A DNA stretch of 64,000 nucleotides from a virus. Taxonomy: Duplodnaviria; Heunggongvirae; Uroviricota; Caudoviricetes. Within the stretch, counting starts at the first letter, position 1. Each line of letters begins with the position of its first letter. The notes beneath the pieces were generated by a model, which saw only the letters and a program-made list of their open reading frames with translations, did no database searches and was not told the DNA's origin. Location of the stretch: the IMG/VR virus record IMGVR_UViG_3300025853_000050; one strand, written 5' to 3'. Shown here piece by piece: positions 28,345 through 37,748 of this stretch. The translations under genes were made by a program, and so were the position numbers.

Positions 28345-28812
28345 TCAATCTCCCAGAGACTTTAGAATATTCATTTTTAACAATCTACCGTTTTTCTGAT
28401 GTTCCTCAGCTTCTTTCAATGTTGAGAAATTTCGATCATGCATTCGATTAATCTTTGATACTTTTTCCTCAGCTTCTTTTCTATCAGTGAAATACTCAAC
28501 AGTTCCATGTTCGTTAATATCTTCAATTGTGATATACTGATAATCACATTTATCGTCAACTAGATAAACCCGATCAAGAAGTTCATATTTATCCCCAGAA
28601 TTACCAATATCACCTTCAATGTTTGTTGCGGTTTTGCCAGTCACTGTTAGTTCTTTTATCTTTCCAACCCACGTTTTGGCTGTATACCGAAACCACACCT
28701 TACCATCAAACTCAGCGAATTCTTTGTCAGGGGTATCATCAAACATCCGGCACTCTTCGATAACCCGATAAACAGTATCACCAATTTTCAAATTATTAAA
28801 ATCAAACATCAT
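28345..28812 (-). CDS. hypothetical protein
   Basis: 155-aa ORF. Confidence 0.35.
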   Translation of the reverse strand: MMFDFNNLKIGDTVYRVIEECRMFDDTPDKEFAEFDGKVWFRYTAKTWVGKIKELTVTGKTATNIEGDIGNSGDKYELLDRVYLVDDKCDYQYITIEDINEHGTVEYFTDRKEAEEKVSKINRMHDRNFSTLKEAEEHQKNGRLLKMNILKSLGD

Positions 28813-29215
28813 TTGGTCGCTTTGTTAGTGTGAACTTCCAATCGCTATGGTCTGGTAGATTATCGAACAATACGATATGATCAATCCGCCGATAATCTTC
28901 CCCACCAGAAACCCACATGTCGTCGTAGTTTTCACTAATTTTTGGTTTTTCCGGGTACATAAACACTTCTAGATTCCGATCCATAGCTGCCCATTGCCAT
29001 CTCCGGTCGATCACTTCCCATGGAATACGCAATTCAATATTTGGCTTGACACGATAAACATTATCTAGATACCAATTGCATTTTTCGCGAACATCATGCC
29101 AACCATTAGTATAACGTTGAATTGTCTTACCATCCCGTTCAGCCATCATAAGATGACGAACATGAGCTGCATGCATATCACCTAGTGCTAGCTTGCTTTC
29201 ATTACGTACAGTCAT
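28802..29215 (-). CDS. hypothetical protein (Trp-rich)
   Basis: 137-aa ORF. Confidence 0.35.
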   Translation of the reverse strand: MTVRNESKLALGDMHAAHVRHLMMAERDGKTIQRYTNGWHDVREKCNWYLDNVYRVKPNIELRIPWEVIDRRWQWAAMDRNLEVFMYPEKPKISENYDDMWVSGGEDYRRIDHIVLFDNLPDHSDWKFTLTKRPNDV

Positions 29216-29667
29216 TACTTTTCTCCTTTATAATAAACAACATGCCATTTGTCAAAAACACATTCATCTGTAAAAATAACATATACTGAATGTTGCATTC
29301 TCAGTGCACCATCATCCCATTCATAATTAGAACGGCTGCCCGTGCTAACAACAGCACCATCTTCTTTTGCCATACGACATGCCTCAATAAAGCTTAGATT
29401 TTTGGGATATTCTTTGTATTCTTCCCATTCATCATAACCGCTAGTAAGCCAGTTACCAATTGATGAGTCAACAACAAAAGAATCGTTATCGCATATGTCA
29501 TAGCTACCATCAGTATATACATCAGCATAGATATATCTGGTGGCGTCTTTCCAATTCCGGCGACGATACCTTTTACCATCAATCAATCCAGGGATAATTT
29601 CGTGGAATTTCATTGTTTTTCTAGTCTCCATTTCAAGGCCATACATCGCCGTACACGACTGATACAA
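29215..29667 (-). CDS. hypothetical protein (start possibly internal at MKFHEII)
   Basis: 150-aa ORF. Confidence 0.35.
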   Translation of the reverse strand: MYQSCTAMYGLEMETRKTMKFHEIIPGLIDGKRYRRRNWKDATRYIYADVYTDGSYDICDNDSFVVDSSIGNWLTSGYDEWEEYKEYPKNLSFIEACRMAKEDGAVVSTGSRSNYEWDDGALRMQHSVYVIFTDECVFDKWHVVYYKGEK

Positions 29668-29983
29668 TCGTTGATTCGCTGAGGTTTATTTTTGGGGATT
29701 TTTAATCATTCGTTTTTTTAACACTTATTATATAACATATGTTATTGTTTAGGGTTAGACCGTACAGTTTAAACTACATAAAAAACTATACGATCTTTTC
29801 ACTATCACTTAGTCTTACGGTATATTAGACTATCATCAAATTTTGTTATATTATTCAACGGAAACCATTGTTGGAAGTTTAATTCAAACATTTCAAAGGT
29901 CTGGCCTTTTTCCAGTTCTTTTTGCATGGTACGTTGTACGTCTTTGGGGAGTTTTCCGAAGGGAGTCATTAGTCTATATTCCT

Positions 29984-30802
29984 TTACTTACAACAAGTTA
30001 CACGGGCGATGCGTTGCCAGTTCTGAGGATTGCCGGCTCTTAGGTTGGCTACTTTGATTGCCATACGAAGTGAAAGCTCTCGGAGGCTGTTTTGGTTTTC
30101 TTCAATGAAGTCCATTACCTCTTTTTCTTTATTAGTGTCCGAGAGAAAGTTGTTTAGCATACCCTGGCTTACCACTTGTTTGATACGAATCAAGTAGTCA
30201 CGGCGTGTTTTAAGTGACAAGTCAATATAGTGACTACGTGATACAAGTGCTTCCAGGTGTGGAGTGAGTTTATGACGCTTATTAATCATGGCGTCGAAGT
30301 CAAGGTTTGTGATAAAGATAATTGTGCCGTTGAAGTCGAAGCTCTTGGGAACTTCCTCGCCGGTTTCATCATCAATTAAAGTGCCTTCGGAGAGCCAGGA
30401 TACTCGGCGTTGCTCGGTTGTATCACAAACGGCCTTCAGAATATTGAGTGAGGTATCGTCATGAAAGATAGTATCGGCGTCGTCGAATACAAGAACCTGC
30501 CCCTCATTACGATAGTTGTATAGAAGTTTAATCAGACCGGTTGCTCGAACGTAACCCTTCACAATCAAACTACTATTGGTATGCCCGGCTAGCTTTTCCT
30601 CAACCGTATATGACTTACCCAGGCCAGCCGGACCAGAAACGATTAGTGAGCGAGCCGTACCTAGAATACAGGCCTCGGCCAGAAGTCCAAGGACGTCGAA
30701 ACGGTCGTAAATACGCTGACTTACTTGCTCGTCAGTTTCTTCATGAACAACGGGCTTGGAGGAAACGGTCATCACCGGCAAACGGGTTTTATTTCTTGAC
30801 AT
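29984..30802 (-). CDS. AAA+ ATPase (Walker A GPAGLGKS, Walker B VLVFDDAD), function unknown
   Basis: Motifs seen in the translation; early promoter immediately upstream. Confidence 0.5.
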   Translation of the reverse strand: MSRNKTRLPVMTVSSKPVVHEETDEQVSQRIYDRFDVLGLLAEACILGTARSLIVSGPAGLGKSYTVEEKLAGHTNSSLIVKGYVRATGLIKLLYNYRNEGQVLVFDDADTIFHDDTSLNILKAVCDTTEQRRVSWLSEGTLIDDETGEEVPKSFDFNGTIIFITNLDFDAMINKRHKLTPHLEALVSRSHYIDLSLKTRRDYLIRIKQVVSQGMLNNFLSDTNKEKEVMDFIEENQNSLRELSLRMAIKVANLRAGNPQNWQRIARVTCCK

Positions 30803-30832
30803 AGTATATTCCCTTTATCAATTTATACACGT

Positions 30833-30862
30833 ATTATAGCCTAGGCCTTTATGAAAGTAAAG
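30833..30862 (-). promoter_or_regulatory. T4-type early promoter with conserved leader
   Basis: Reverse complement reads CTCTTTACTTT..TATAAT ACGTGTATAAATTGATAAAGG. Confidence 0.5.
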
Positions 30863-31396
30863 AGCTTTTTATTGGCTTGGGGCCGTTTCATTTTAGTTCA
30901 ATATTATATACTATTCTATAGTGGTCAAGCTTTATAATACACCTCAACCATTTTTAAGATAACATTTTTTCTGGGGTTTCCATAAATTTTGATTTGTTTA
31001 TCGAAGAAACCAGTAATGTCTTTTATGATAGTGTACTGCCATGTTTTACCCTTTCGTTCTTTCTCAGGACAAATACGGAGTAAAGAGTCAAAGAAAAGCC
31101 AGAATAATTTTGTGTGGTCATGGCCATGGCGTCTCTGAAGTTTTTTTCATTTTCAAACACATATACATAATCTCCTGTTTTCCATTATATACATAATAAA
31201 TTTATTCTCCTCTAATCAAGAATACTTATGAGTCAACTATCGGTTTTAATGTTTGACTCTATAGGTACAATTCGGCCACCAAAGAGGCATAACTGCTGTT
31301 TGCCATTTGCCGTTCACCAGCATCTCAATGGTCTTGCCGTTTTTATGGGAGGCCATCATAGCGTAGATTTCCTCCATGCTATGATCTTTCAGAAGC

Positions 31397-31711
31397 TTAT
31401 ACATTATCGGATTCTTTATTCTCATGATAAAATTTAATCATTCTGGCGATCCGCCCGTGATCTGCCATATACAAAACGTATTCGTTCAGGGTTAAGATGT
31501 TTTCTTCATCGACATATTCCAGGCCACCGTAGTAGTCCACTCTACGACGATCATGTTTATCCACCATCACGAACTCGCCATCTTTATCCACATGAAAAAT
31601 TCCACAACGAGGATCAAGGCCCAGGTCTCTGCCGAAAACTTTTTCAGTTTGCTCCAGAATACTATATTCTAGATCTTGTAGGGATTCAAAAATTTCATTC
31701 ACATTCATCAT
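31397..31711 (-). CDS. hypothetical protein
   Basis: Start taken at MMNVNEIF. Confidence 0.3.
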   Translation of the reverse strand: MMNVNEIFESLQDLEYSILEQTEKVFGRDLGLDPRCGIFHVDKDGEFVMVDKHDRRRVDYYGGLEYVDEENILTLNEYVLYMADHGRIARMIKFYHENKESDNV

Positions 31712-31946
31712 TTTCTTCCTTAAACCATTCCATACATTTACGAATACGTAGCTCAATTGATAGGAGTAAATCCTCGATTTCATCCTCGCATTCTTCGATA
31801 CGGTACTTGTTCATTACCGCCGAAGGATCACGGTTTGTTTTTATCCATTCCTTATAATCCATATTTCCGTCAATATCTATGCGATATTCGTTTAACATAT
31901 AGATATGATTAAGAAGGCGGGAAATAGCTTTATCTCGTTCAGTCAT
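31695..31946 (-). CDS. hypothetical acidic protein
   Basis: Start at MTERDK preceded by GGAGGATTCTCTGT. Confidence 0.35.
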   Translation of the reverse strand: MTERDKAISRLLNHIYMLNEYRIDIDGNMDYKEWIKTNRDPSAVMNKYRIEECEDEIEDLLLSIELRIRKCMEWFKEENDECE

Positions 31947-32154
31947 ACAGAGAATCCTCCAGGGCCAAAACTTCGTCAGAAACATTTTGATTCTCGAACC
32001 AACCCATAAACTGGAAAGGCTCGTCTTCTTCGTTTTCGTATTCGTCTTCATACTCGGGTTTCAGAAAACCGTTTTCGTCGTAACGCTCTTCTTGGCCGTC
32101 ATTGACCCAAGCGTGAAAGGAGGCCAAAACTTCAGGATCGATTTTTTTAGACAT
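31939..32154 (-). CDS. hypothetical highly acidic protein
   Basis: 71 aa; stop overlaps the next start (ATGACTGA). Confidence 0.35.
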   Translation of the reverse strand: MSKKIDPEVLASFHAWVNDGQEERYDENGFLKPEYEDEYENEEDEPFQFMGWFENQNVSDEVLALEDSLYD

Positions 32155-32184
32155 GATATAAAACCTTTATCAATTTATACACGT

Positions 32185-32226
32185 ATTATAGGCTAAGATC
32201 GTATGATAGTAAAGAGGTTTTTTATG
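32185..32226 (-). promoter_or_regulatory. T4-type early promoter with conserved leader
   Basis: AAAACCTCTTTACTATCAT..TATAAT..GTGTATAAATTGATAAAGG on the minus strand. Confidence 0.5.
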
Positions 32227-32231
32227 GTTTT

Positions 32232-32387
32232 TTATAAATTATTTTTCCTGACTCGCAGGTCTTCGATGGCGGCTTTTTTTGACCGAAACGGTCCGCCCAC
32301 AAACCGACCGTTTTGTCTCACATAGTAAAGGTATTTCCCACGGCCAGGAAGGAACCAGACTCGTTCCTTAAACAACGTATAATCCAT
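32232..32387 (-). CDS. small basic protein
   Basis: Start at MDYTLFKE; 51 aa. Confidence 0.25.
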   Translation of the reverse strand: MDYTLFKERVWFLPGRGKYLYYVRQNGRFVGGPFRSKKAAIEDLRVRKNNL

Positions 32388-32388
32388 A

Positions 32389-33174
32389 TCAATCAACCAC
32401 AAAACCAGAAGTGTCTTTACGAGCTTTACCCTTGGCGTACAAAGCCACGATAGAGCCATGAGGATCAAGGTGACGGATATCCGTATCATCACCGTCCACC
32501 ACAGGAAGTCCCATGAAAGTTTCCCCGTTCTCTAACAAACGCTGCACAATAGCACGCTCACGAAACACGACAGCAATACGATAGCCAGCGCTGACAGCTT
32601 GCTCGTTCACGTGTTGATAAAGGGGAACACCGGAATAGGAAAAAGTCAAATCGTAGTTTGATGGGATATTCTTACGATTAGTGAGTTTGGTATAATCGTA
32701 GAACTGAACTTCAGGAAACTCCTGAGGAATACCAAAATTCTCCCAACGAATATCGCTCGTGCCGTTCAAGCGGATCAAAGGAACATATCCGCTCTTCGTG
32801 ATAGACTTGACACAACGACGAATTTCCTTGCGAAGGAGTACCAGAAATTCGTCACGATATTGTTGGAAGAATAGGGTTTTACGGAGGCGACCAATTTGAA
32901 CGTTGGACATGGCGCCCATGCCAGCGGTGTTCAAACACGGAGCCTCACACTGAGCCAAAGCTGCTGTCGGGCACATATTCTCACCGGAACCACGCCCGGG
33001 AGTCAGATACATGATAGCAGTCTTGAAACCTTTTTTCTGACCTTTGATGGTTTTCGCATTACCATCAATCGCCAAAAGTTGTTCAGGTTTCTTGGAGAAC
33101 AACTCTCGGTATTTCGGAGTTGTTTCAATTTGCTCCCGGATTTTAGAGGGAACTTTGGTCAGATCATAAATCAT
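32389..33174 (-). CDS. conserved phage protein with Cys cluster (CPTAALAQCEAPC)
   Basis: 261-aa ORF. Confidence 0.35.
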   Translation of the reverse strand: MIYDLTKVPSKIREQIETTPKYRELFSKKPEQLLAIDGNAKTIKGQKKGFKTAIMYLTPGRGSGENMCPTAALAQCEAPCLNTAGMGAMSNVQIGRLRKTLFFQQYRDEFLVLLRKEIRRCVKSITKSGYVPLIRLNGTSDIRWENFGIPQEFPEVQFYDYTKLTNRKNIPSNYDLTFSYSGVPLYQHVNEQAVSAGYRIAVVFRERAIVQRLLENGETFMGLPVVDGDDTDIRHLDPHGSIVALYAKGKARKDTSGFVVD

Positions 33175-33204
33175 CTTATAAACCTTTAATCAATTTATAC
33201 ACGT

Positions 33205-33246
33205 ATTATAAGCTAAGCTGGCATGATAGTAAAGAGGTTTTTTATG
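33205..33246 (-). promoter_or_regulatory. T4-type early promoter with conserved leader
   Basis: Same consensus as at 32185. Confidence 0.5.
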
Positions 33247-33454
33247 TTTTTTTATAAACTGATGTGAACCCAACTCCCATGGCAGGGCATACAGTTATTT
33301 TCTCTGGGAGGCCATTCACATCTTTTTCGCCGCTTTCTCCGCAAATAAAATATGTTCCCGATACTTCTGGCCTTAAATGTTTAAATATTTTACGATAAAG
33401 ATTAAATAATTTATATTCTTCTTCTGTTATTTCAACCATCACCAGCTCGCCCAA
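33242..33454 (-). CDS. hypothetical protein
   Basis: 70-aa ORF. Confidence 0.25.
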   Translation of the reverse strand: MGELVMVEITEEEYKLFNLYRKIFKHLRPEVSGTYFICGESGEKDVNGLPEKITVCPAMGVGFTSVYKKT

Positions 33455-33855
33455 TAGTAAACATCATTGCCCTCAAAAACTTTGTTCCCAAAAAGGTTTT
33501 CAATTCGTTCAACAGTATATTCCAATTGGTCGTAGTAGTAATCGTCGTATGACGTATTACCAAAAAAGAAACCACTTTGTGAGGGAAGAAGATCTTCTGC
33601 TAGCTGTCGGTCGGCCAAAATTTTCTGACAAATATCTTGTAGATTTTCCAGAATCTCTTTGGTGACCAAGAATGGTTCACAATTATCGACTCCTGCCAGG
33701 TCCACAAAATATTTATGGATAGCATTGGCCTTACGCCAATACGCTTCTTCAATATAGTTACAACCAGAATTCTCGTAGCGAGGAAACTCCCCTTCACTAA
33801 CAGTAACCAAATGCATATCTAAACCCATGATATAACTCCTTATCAATTTATACAC
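33439..33855 (-). CDS. hypothetical protein
   Basis: 138-aa ORF directly behind an early promoter. Confidence 0.35.
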   Translation of the reverse strand: MYKLIRSYIMGLDMHLVTVSEGEFPRYENSGCNYIEEAYWRKANAIHKYFVDLAGVDNCEPFLVTKEILENLQDICQKILADRQLAEDLLPSQSGFFFGNTSYDDYYYDQLEYTVERIENLFGNKVFEGNDVYYWASW

Positions 33856-33857
33856 GT

Positions 33858-33890
33858 ATTATAAGCTAAGCCGGTATGATAGTAAAGAGG
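33858..33890 (-). promoter_or_regulatory. T4-type early promoter with conserved leader
   Basis: AAAAACCTCTTTACTATCATACCGGCTTAGCTTATAAT ACGTGTATAAATTGATAAGGAG. Confidence 0.5.
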
Positions 33891-33952
33891 TTTTTTTATG
33901 TTTTTTTATAAACTGATGTGAACTCAACGCTCATGACCGGAGAATATAAAGA

Positions 33953-33970
33953 TGGGAGCCGAAGCTCCCA
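33953..33970 (-). terminator. rho-independent terminator
   Basis: tgggagccgaagctccca hairpin downstream of pstS. Confidence 0.5.
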
Positions 33971-33976
33971 TCATAG

Positions 33977-34939
33977 TTATTGGAATTTACCGTTAGTGAC
34001 ACCAAATTCAGGAGCAACACGTTCTGCATCTGGAAGACTAATCAATCCAAGGTCAGCGAGATATCCATCAGGCCCCCACGTAGATTCATCAGTAAATTCA
34101 TTTACGTAATCTTCAACACCATCTATAACGGTATTATGATCATTTTTTACATAAAACCACAACGAACGAGAAACAGGATAAATGCCGTCGGCAATATTAT
34201 CGTAGGTTGGTTCAACACCATTGATAACCGCACCTTTAATTTTCTCATAATTTTGATCTAAGAATGAAAATCCAGCAATACCAAAAAGATTGTCATCTTT
34301 TGAGATTTTCTCGACAATAAGATTATCGTTTTCTCCGGCTTCAATATAGGCACCATCTTCTCGAAGTTCAACATGTAGGTCAAAAGCCTTGGCAATTGGT
34401 TCCATCACCAATTCTTCAAAGGCATCTCGTGTACCAGACGAAGGTGGTGGGCCCATAACAGCAATTGGAATATCGGGCAGGCCTGGTCGAACATCACTCC
34501 AATTGGTATAGGGATTTGGTACGGTTTCTCCGGCATATTTGATCGTTGAGTTCAGGGCAAAGAACAAATCTTCGTTGGTAATCTCCATATCATAACCGCC
34601 GATATTTCCGATCAAAACAATACCGTCATAACCAATTTTATATTCAGTTACTTCGGTCACGCCATTATCCCGACAAAGTGCTACCTCTTTATCTTTGATA
34701 CGTCGAGAAGCATTGGTAATGGTAGGAGTATCTTCATCAACACCGGAACAAAATAGTTTGAATCCTCCTCCGGAACCAGTAGATTCAATTGTTGCTTTCA
34801 TTCCAGTTTTGTTAGAAAACTGTTCGACCACGGCCGAAGCAAAGGGGAATACTGTAGATGATCCAACAATACGAATATCATTCGCACTTGCGGTCAATGC
34901 AGTAGTTGTTAGTAGGATTGTTGCTAGGATTGTTTTCAT
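33977..34939 (-). CDS. pstS: phosphate ABC transporter substrate-binding protein PstS (auxiliary metabolic gene)
   Basis: Signal peptide MKTILATILLTTTALTASA; IRIVGSSTVFPFASAVVEQF...STGSGGGFKLFCSG matches PstS family motifs. Confidence 0.7.
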   Translation of the reverse strand: MKTILATILLTTTALTASANDIRIVGSSTVFPFASAVVEQFSNKTGMKATIESTGSGGGFKLFCSGVDEDTPTITNASRRIKDKEVALCRDNGVTEVTEYKIGYDGIVLIGNIGGYDMEITNEDLFFALNSTIKYAGETVPNPYTNWSDVRPGLPDIPIAVMGPPPSSGTRDAFEELVMEPIAKAFDLHVELREDGAYIEAGENDNLIVEKISKDDNLFGIAGFSFLDQNYEKIKGAVINGVEPTYDNIADGIYPVSRSLWFYVKNDHNTVIDGVEDYVNEFTDESTWGPDGYLADLGLISLPDAERVAPEFGVTNGKFQ

Positions 34940-34940
34940 T

Positions 34941-35315
34941 TTAATTTCCTTCTTTTAGTGGAGAGAATCCGTTAAGGTTTTGTGTTCGTGGTTTGGGGGT
35001 AACAATAACAACTGGTTCGTTCTTTTCTTGGTATTCCATCAGTTCGCGATTAACTGGTGTTTTAATAGCTACTTTTGGTTGAACGTTCGAACCGAAGAAA
35101 AGTAAGGAACCCGCAAACAAGATAAGAAAAATGATATATCGTTTTCCAATAATTTTAAACTTTCCAGTTTTTTCGTAATGATTTATGGTGCTAACCCAAG
35201 TAACTGTTAAAAATTGATATACGATAAATAAACCAACCACCAGCACCAATAAAAACATCAAAAAGTTAAGTGCGGCAAAGGATGCCGCTCCCGTCATAAA
35301 TTCAAGATTAAACAT
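34941..35315 (-). CDS. small integral membrane protein (2-3 TM)
   Basis: Hydrophobic segments; overlaps the SPFH gene stop. Confidence 0.4.
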   Translation of the reverse strand: MFNLEFMTGAASFAALNFLMFLLVLVVGLFIVYQFLTVTWVSTINHYEKTGKFKIIGKRYIIFLILFAGSLLFFGSNVQPKVAIKTPVNRELMEYQEKNEPVVIVTPKPRTQNLNGFSPLKEGN

Positions 35316-36220
35316 TACTGTTTAGCTCCATTAAAGATTTTATTTTGAAGACCAATCGATCCCATCATATCAACAGGGAAGAATACCGCATTCTTATTTT
35401 TGGCCATTTCTTTCAAAACTTCTAACTCCATATAGCGAAGAACTTCTGGTGTCACACCTTCGGCCAAAATTTGATTTTGTTCGGCAATTGTTTGTGCTGC
35501 CAATAGGTCAGCTTCCCGTTCCGCTCGTGTTACTTCAAGACGAGCCTGGGCCTCACGAATTTTAACCTGAGCGTCAGCTTCAGCACGTTCTACGTCAATC
35601 TTACGGGATTGAGCGGCTTCACGAGCCTGGGTAATTACTGATGGAAATTTGATATTTGCCAGCCCGAATTGTTTAACTTCCAGGGGAGTTTTCTTCAGGG
35701 CACCTGATACTTCTTGTCGAAGTCGTTCAGATACTGCTGATTGGTTAGCAGCGATTTCAGCGATTGAATATTCCGAAAGAGTTGAACGAACAACATTACG
35801 AACCACTGATTGGCCGTATACTGTATAGATATTGGCCAGGGTTGTGCCGTAATTTCCACTGTCCAAACGGACAGGTACAACTCGATCAAACACCGAGATA
35901 ATCTGTGTTTTATCTTCAGTCAAGGCAAGAGTGAAACGAACATCAATTCCCAAGTCCAAGTTATCTTGCGGCATAAGCACAGTCATTTCTTCTTTCATAC
36001 CAACGTCAGAAGCTTCAACCACAACAAGTTTATCACAATTTACCCAACAGAAAGGTAGACGAAACCGACTCGGTGGAATTAAATCTCCTTGATATCCATT
36101 TTTACCAAGAATCATACCTACCGATGCAGGCGGCACTTCCACTCGTTCTCCCACACAGCCTGATAGGCTAAGAATCATTCCCACGGGAATTAGAGGTAGC
36201 AGGATCTTTTTCATTATCAA
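35315..36220 (-). CDS. SPFH/band-7 domain lipoprotein (HflC/QmcA-like)
   Basis: Lipobox LSLSGC; band-7 core; C-terminal Ala/Glu/Arg-rich coiled coil (AQVKIREAQARLEVTRAEREADLLAAQ). Confidence 0.55.
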   Translation of the reverse strand: MIMKKILLPLIPVGMILSLSGCVGERVEVPPASVGMILGKNGYQGDLIPPSRFRLPFCWVNCDKLVVVEASDVGMKEEMTVLMPQDNLDLGIDVRFTLALTEDKTQIISVFDRVVPVRLDSGNYGTTLANIYTVYGQSVVRNVVRSTLSEYSIAEIAANQSAVSERLRQEVSGALKKTPLEVKQFGLANIKFPSVITQAREAAQSRKIDVERAEADAQVKIREAQARLEVTRAEREADLLAAQTIAEQNQILAEGVTPEVLRYMELEVLKEMAKNKNAVFFPVDMMGSIGLQNKIFNGAKQ

Positions 36221-36383
36221 TTTCCTTTTTCAGTTTTGAACGTAGTTCTTCTAACCAATACATAGATTGGTTAAGATATTTTCTGGTGTCGTCTTTTAAT
36301 TTTGCATTATCAGACCGACCATAATCTAAATCATAATATGCCTCGTTGACATATCGTAGTATTTCTTTGTAAGTCATCACCAC
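36168..36383 (-). CDS. hypothetical protein
   Basis: 71-aa ORF. Confidence 0.25.
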   Translation of the reverse strand: MVMTYKEILRYVNEAYYDLDYGRSDNAKLKDDTRKYLNQSMYWLEELRSKLKKEIDNEKDPATSNSRGNDS

Positions 36384-36697
36384 ATCACAATCATCGCCGT
36401 TAGGATTAAAGCATAGATTAGATTGGTATTAATCTTTTTATTGATATCAATCAGGTATAAAGATTTAATCAACCCAGCATGTTTTTCATTTATTTTGGTA
36501 TTTTTTAGTTTTTTTGAACCGAGTAACTCGGACCACTGGCGGTAACACTCGGCTTCTGTCAAGGAATTAATTCCGATATAAAACTTCATAAAAACAAAAG
36601 CCCTACGCATTGCTACCCATAGTAAGCCCAATTGACAGGCCAATAAGGTATATCTTAAGATTTCAATCATGATAATTTTGACAATGATTCTACCCAA
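36377..36697 (-). CDS. small membrane protein
   Basis: 106 aa, hydrophobic. Confidence 0.3.
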   Translation of the reverse strand: MGRIIVKIIMIEILRYTLLACQLGLLWVAMRRAFVFMKFYIGINSLTEAECYRQWSELLGSKKLKNTKINEKHAGLIKSLYLIDINKKINTNLIYALILTAMIVMW

Positions 36698-36747
36698 GTA
36701 ACATCAATTATAATCGTACCCAACATTAATAACCACAATTATCAACT

Positions 36748-37023
36748 TTAATTTGATTTGCGGAAACAATTTAGGCCCATATACGGGGCATGTTTAACGT
36801 TGCCAATAGCAACAGTACAAATAGTATCAGGATCAGTTTTAGATTTCCATTCATAAACTCGAAAATCAAAACCAAATGCTTCTACTTTAAAAGCTTCGCT
36901 CTTTTGCGTGGGCCATCCGGAAGTAGCGATTGCACCCCAAACACCAGCCTGACTAGCAGTTGCAGCGCCGATCAACGCACCAGCAACAATACCACCAACG
37001 ACACCAAAAACAATCTTATACAT
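36748..37023 (-). CDS. small membrane protein with glycine-zipper segment
   Basis: FGVVGGIVAGALIGAATASQAGVWGAIA. Confidence 0.3.
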   Translation of the reverse strand: MYKIVFGVVGGIVAGALIGAATASQAGVWGAIATSGWPTQKSEAFKVEAFGFDFRVYEWKSKTDPDTICTVAIGNVKHAPYMGLNCFRKSN

Positions 37024-37040
37024 TTTTAAACCCTTTCAGT

Positions 37041-37313
37041 TTATGCGATTACCAGTACCTGTTGCACATTAAAACCAAAAGCTTTAAATTGCTCTTTTTC
37101 TGTCAGACCAAACGAACCAATATTTGATTTGTTTCCGTCTCCGGCGCATTCCATAAATTTCTTCCAGGCTTCCTTTTTGGTATCGCCAGCATTTTCCATG
37201 TTCATTTCAACCCACAACTCTTCGTTGGTTTTACCTTTACGGATTGATTGTGGAACGATAGCTATCATCATATGGTAAGGAGGCATCACCATCCATTTTT
37301 CAATTTTAGTCAT
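37041..37313 (-). CDS. hypothetical protein
   Basis: 90-aa ORF. Confidence 0.3.
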   Translation of the reverse strand: MTKIEKWMVMPPYHMMIAIVPQSIRKGKTNEELWVEMNMENAGDTKKEAWKKFMECAGDGNKSNIGSFGLTEKEQFKAFGFNVQQVLVIA

Positions 37314-37324
37314 TTATATTTTCC

Positions 37325-37585
37325 TTATTCAGTAATTTCACCAACAGCCAAAATCTGAATAGATTTTACTCCATTAGTATCGATTTCTACCTTTCCACCA
37401 GGAAAGGTAATCCTTTGTGCTCTGTCGTATGGATAATCGCCATGGTTAATAGAACCGGTAACGACCAAATTCATAGACTCGTATTGTCCCATTACATCTA
37501 TTGTGTAAAATGTAATTTTGGCTCGAATTAAGCCAGTGGTTGGCATCTTATTACCAAATTTCCAAACAACGTGTTCAACTTTCAT
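37325..37585 (-). CDS. hypothetical protein
   Basis: 86-aa ORF. Confidence 0.3.
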   Translation of the reverse strand: MKVEHVVWKFGNKMPTTGLIRAKITFYTIDVMGQYESMNLVVTGSINHGDYPYDRAQRITFPGGKVEIDTNGVKSIQILAVGEITE

Positions 37586-37623
37586 AACAAACCTTATTTC
37601 AATTTATAAGTTGATTATATATG

Positions 37624-37650
37624 AAAAGGGGCTGAAAGTAAACCCCTTTT
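37624..37650. terminator. stem-loop that also carries a minus-strand early promoter -35 box (PeSL-type)
   Basis: aaaaggggctgaaagtaaacccctttt; reverse complement reads GGGGTTTACTTTCAGCCCC followed by TATATAAT and the ATAAATTGAAATAAGG leader. Confidence 0.5.
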
Positions 37651-37665
37651 TATCGTTTTATTTTT

Positions 37666-37739
37666 TGGATGCGGAAGTAGGATTTGCACCTACGATCTTC
37701 TGCTTATGAGACAGAAATGTTACTACTACACCATTCCGC
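37666..37739 (-). tRNA. tRNA-Met/fMet/Ile2 (anticodon CAT)
   Basis: Cloverleaf drawn by hand; anticodon loop CTCATAA; CCA encoded. Confidence 0.6.
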
Positions 37740-37748
37740 TTTAAAACT

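Noticed and set aside
27765-28451. ORFs 27765..28010, 28130..28399 and 28188..28451 with RNQES and VGQGSWSRELV repeats
   Set aside because: Periodic amino-acid repeats simply mirror the 13-15-bp DNA repeat arrays, and two of the ORFs overlap each other in different frames.
33600-35889. Short ORFs 33600..33797 (-), 33918..34109 (+), 33980..34261 (+), 34695..34958 (+), 35695..35889 (-), 35810..36058 (+)
   Set aside because: Nested within or antisense to pstS, the SPFH gene or the 138-aa gene.
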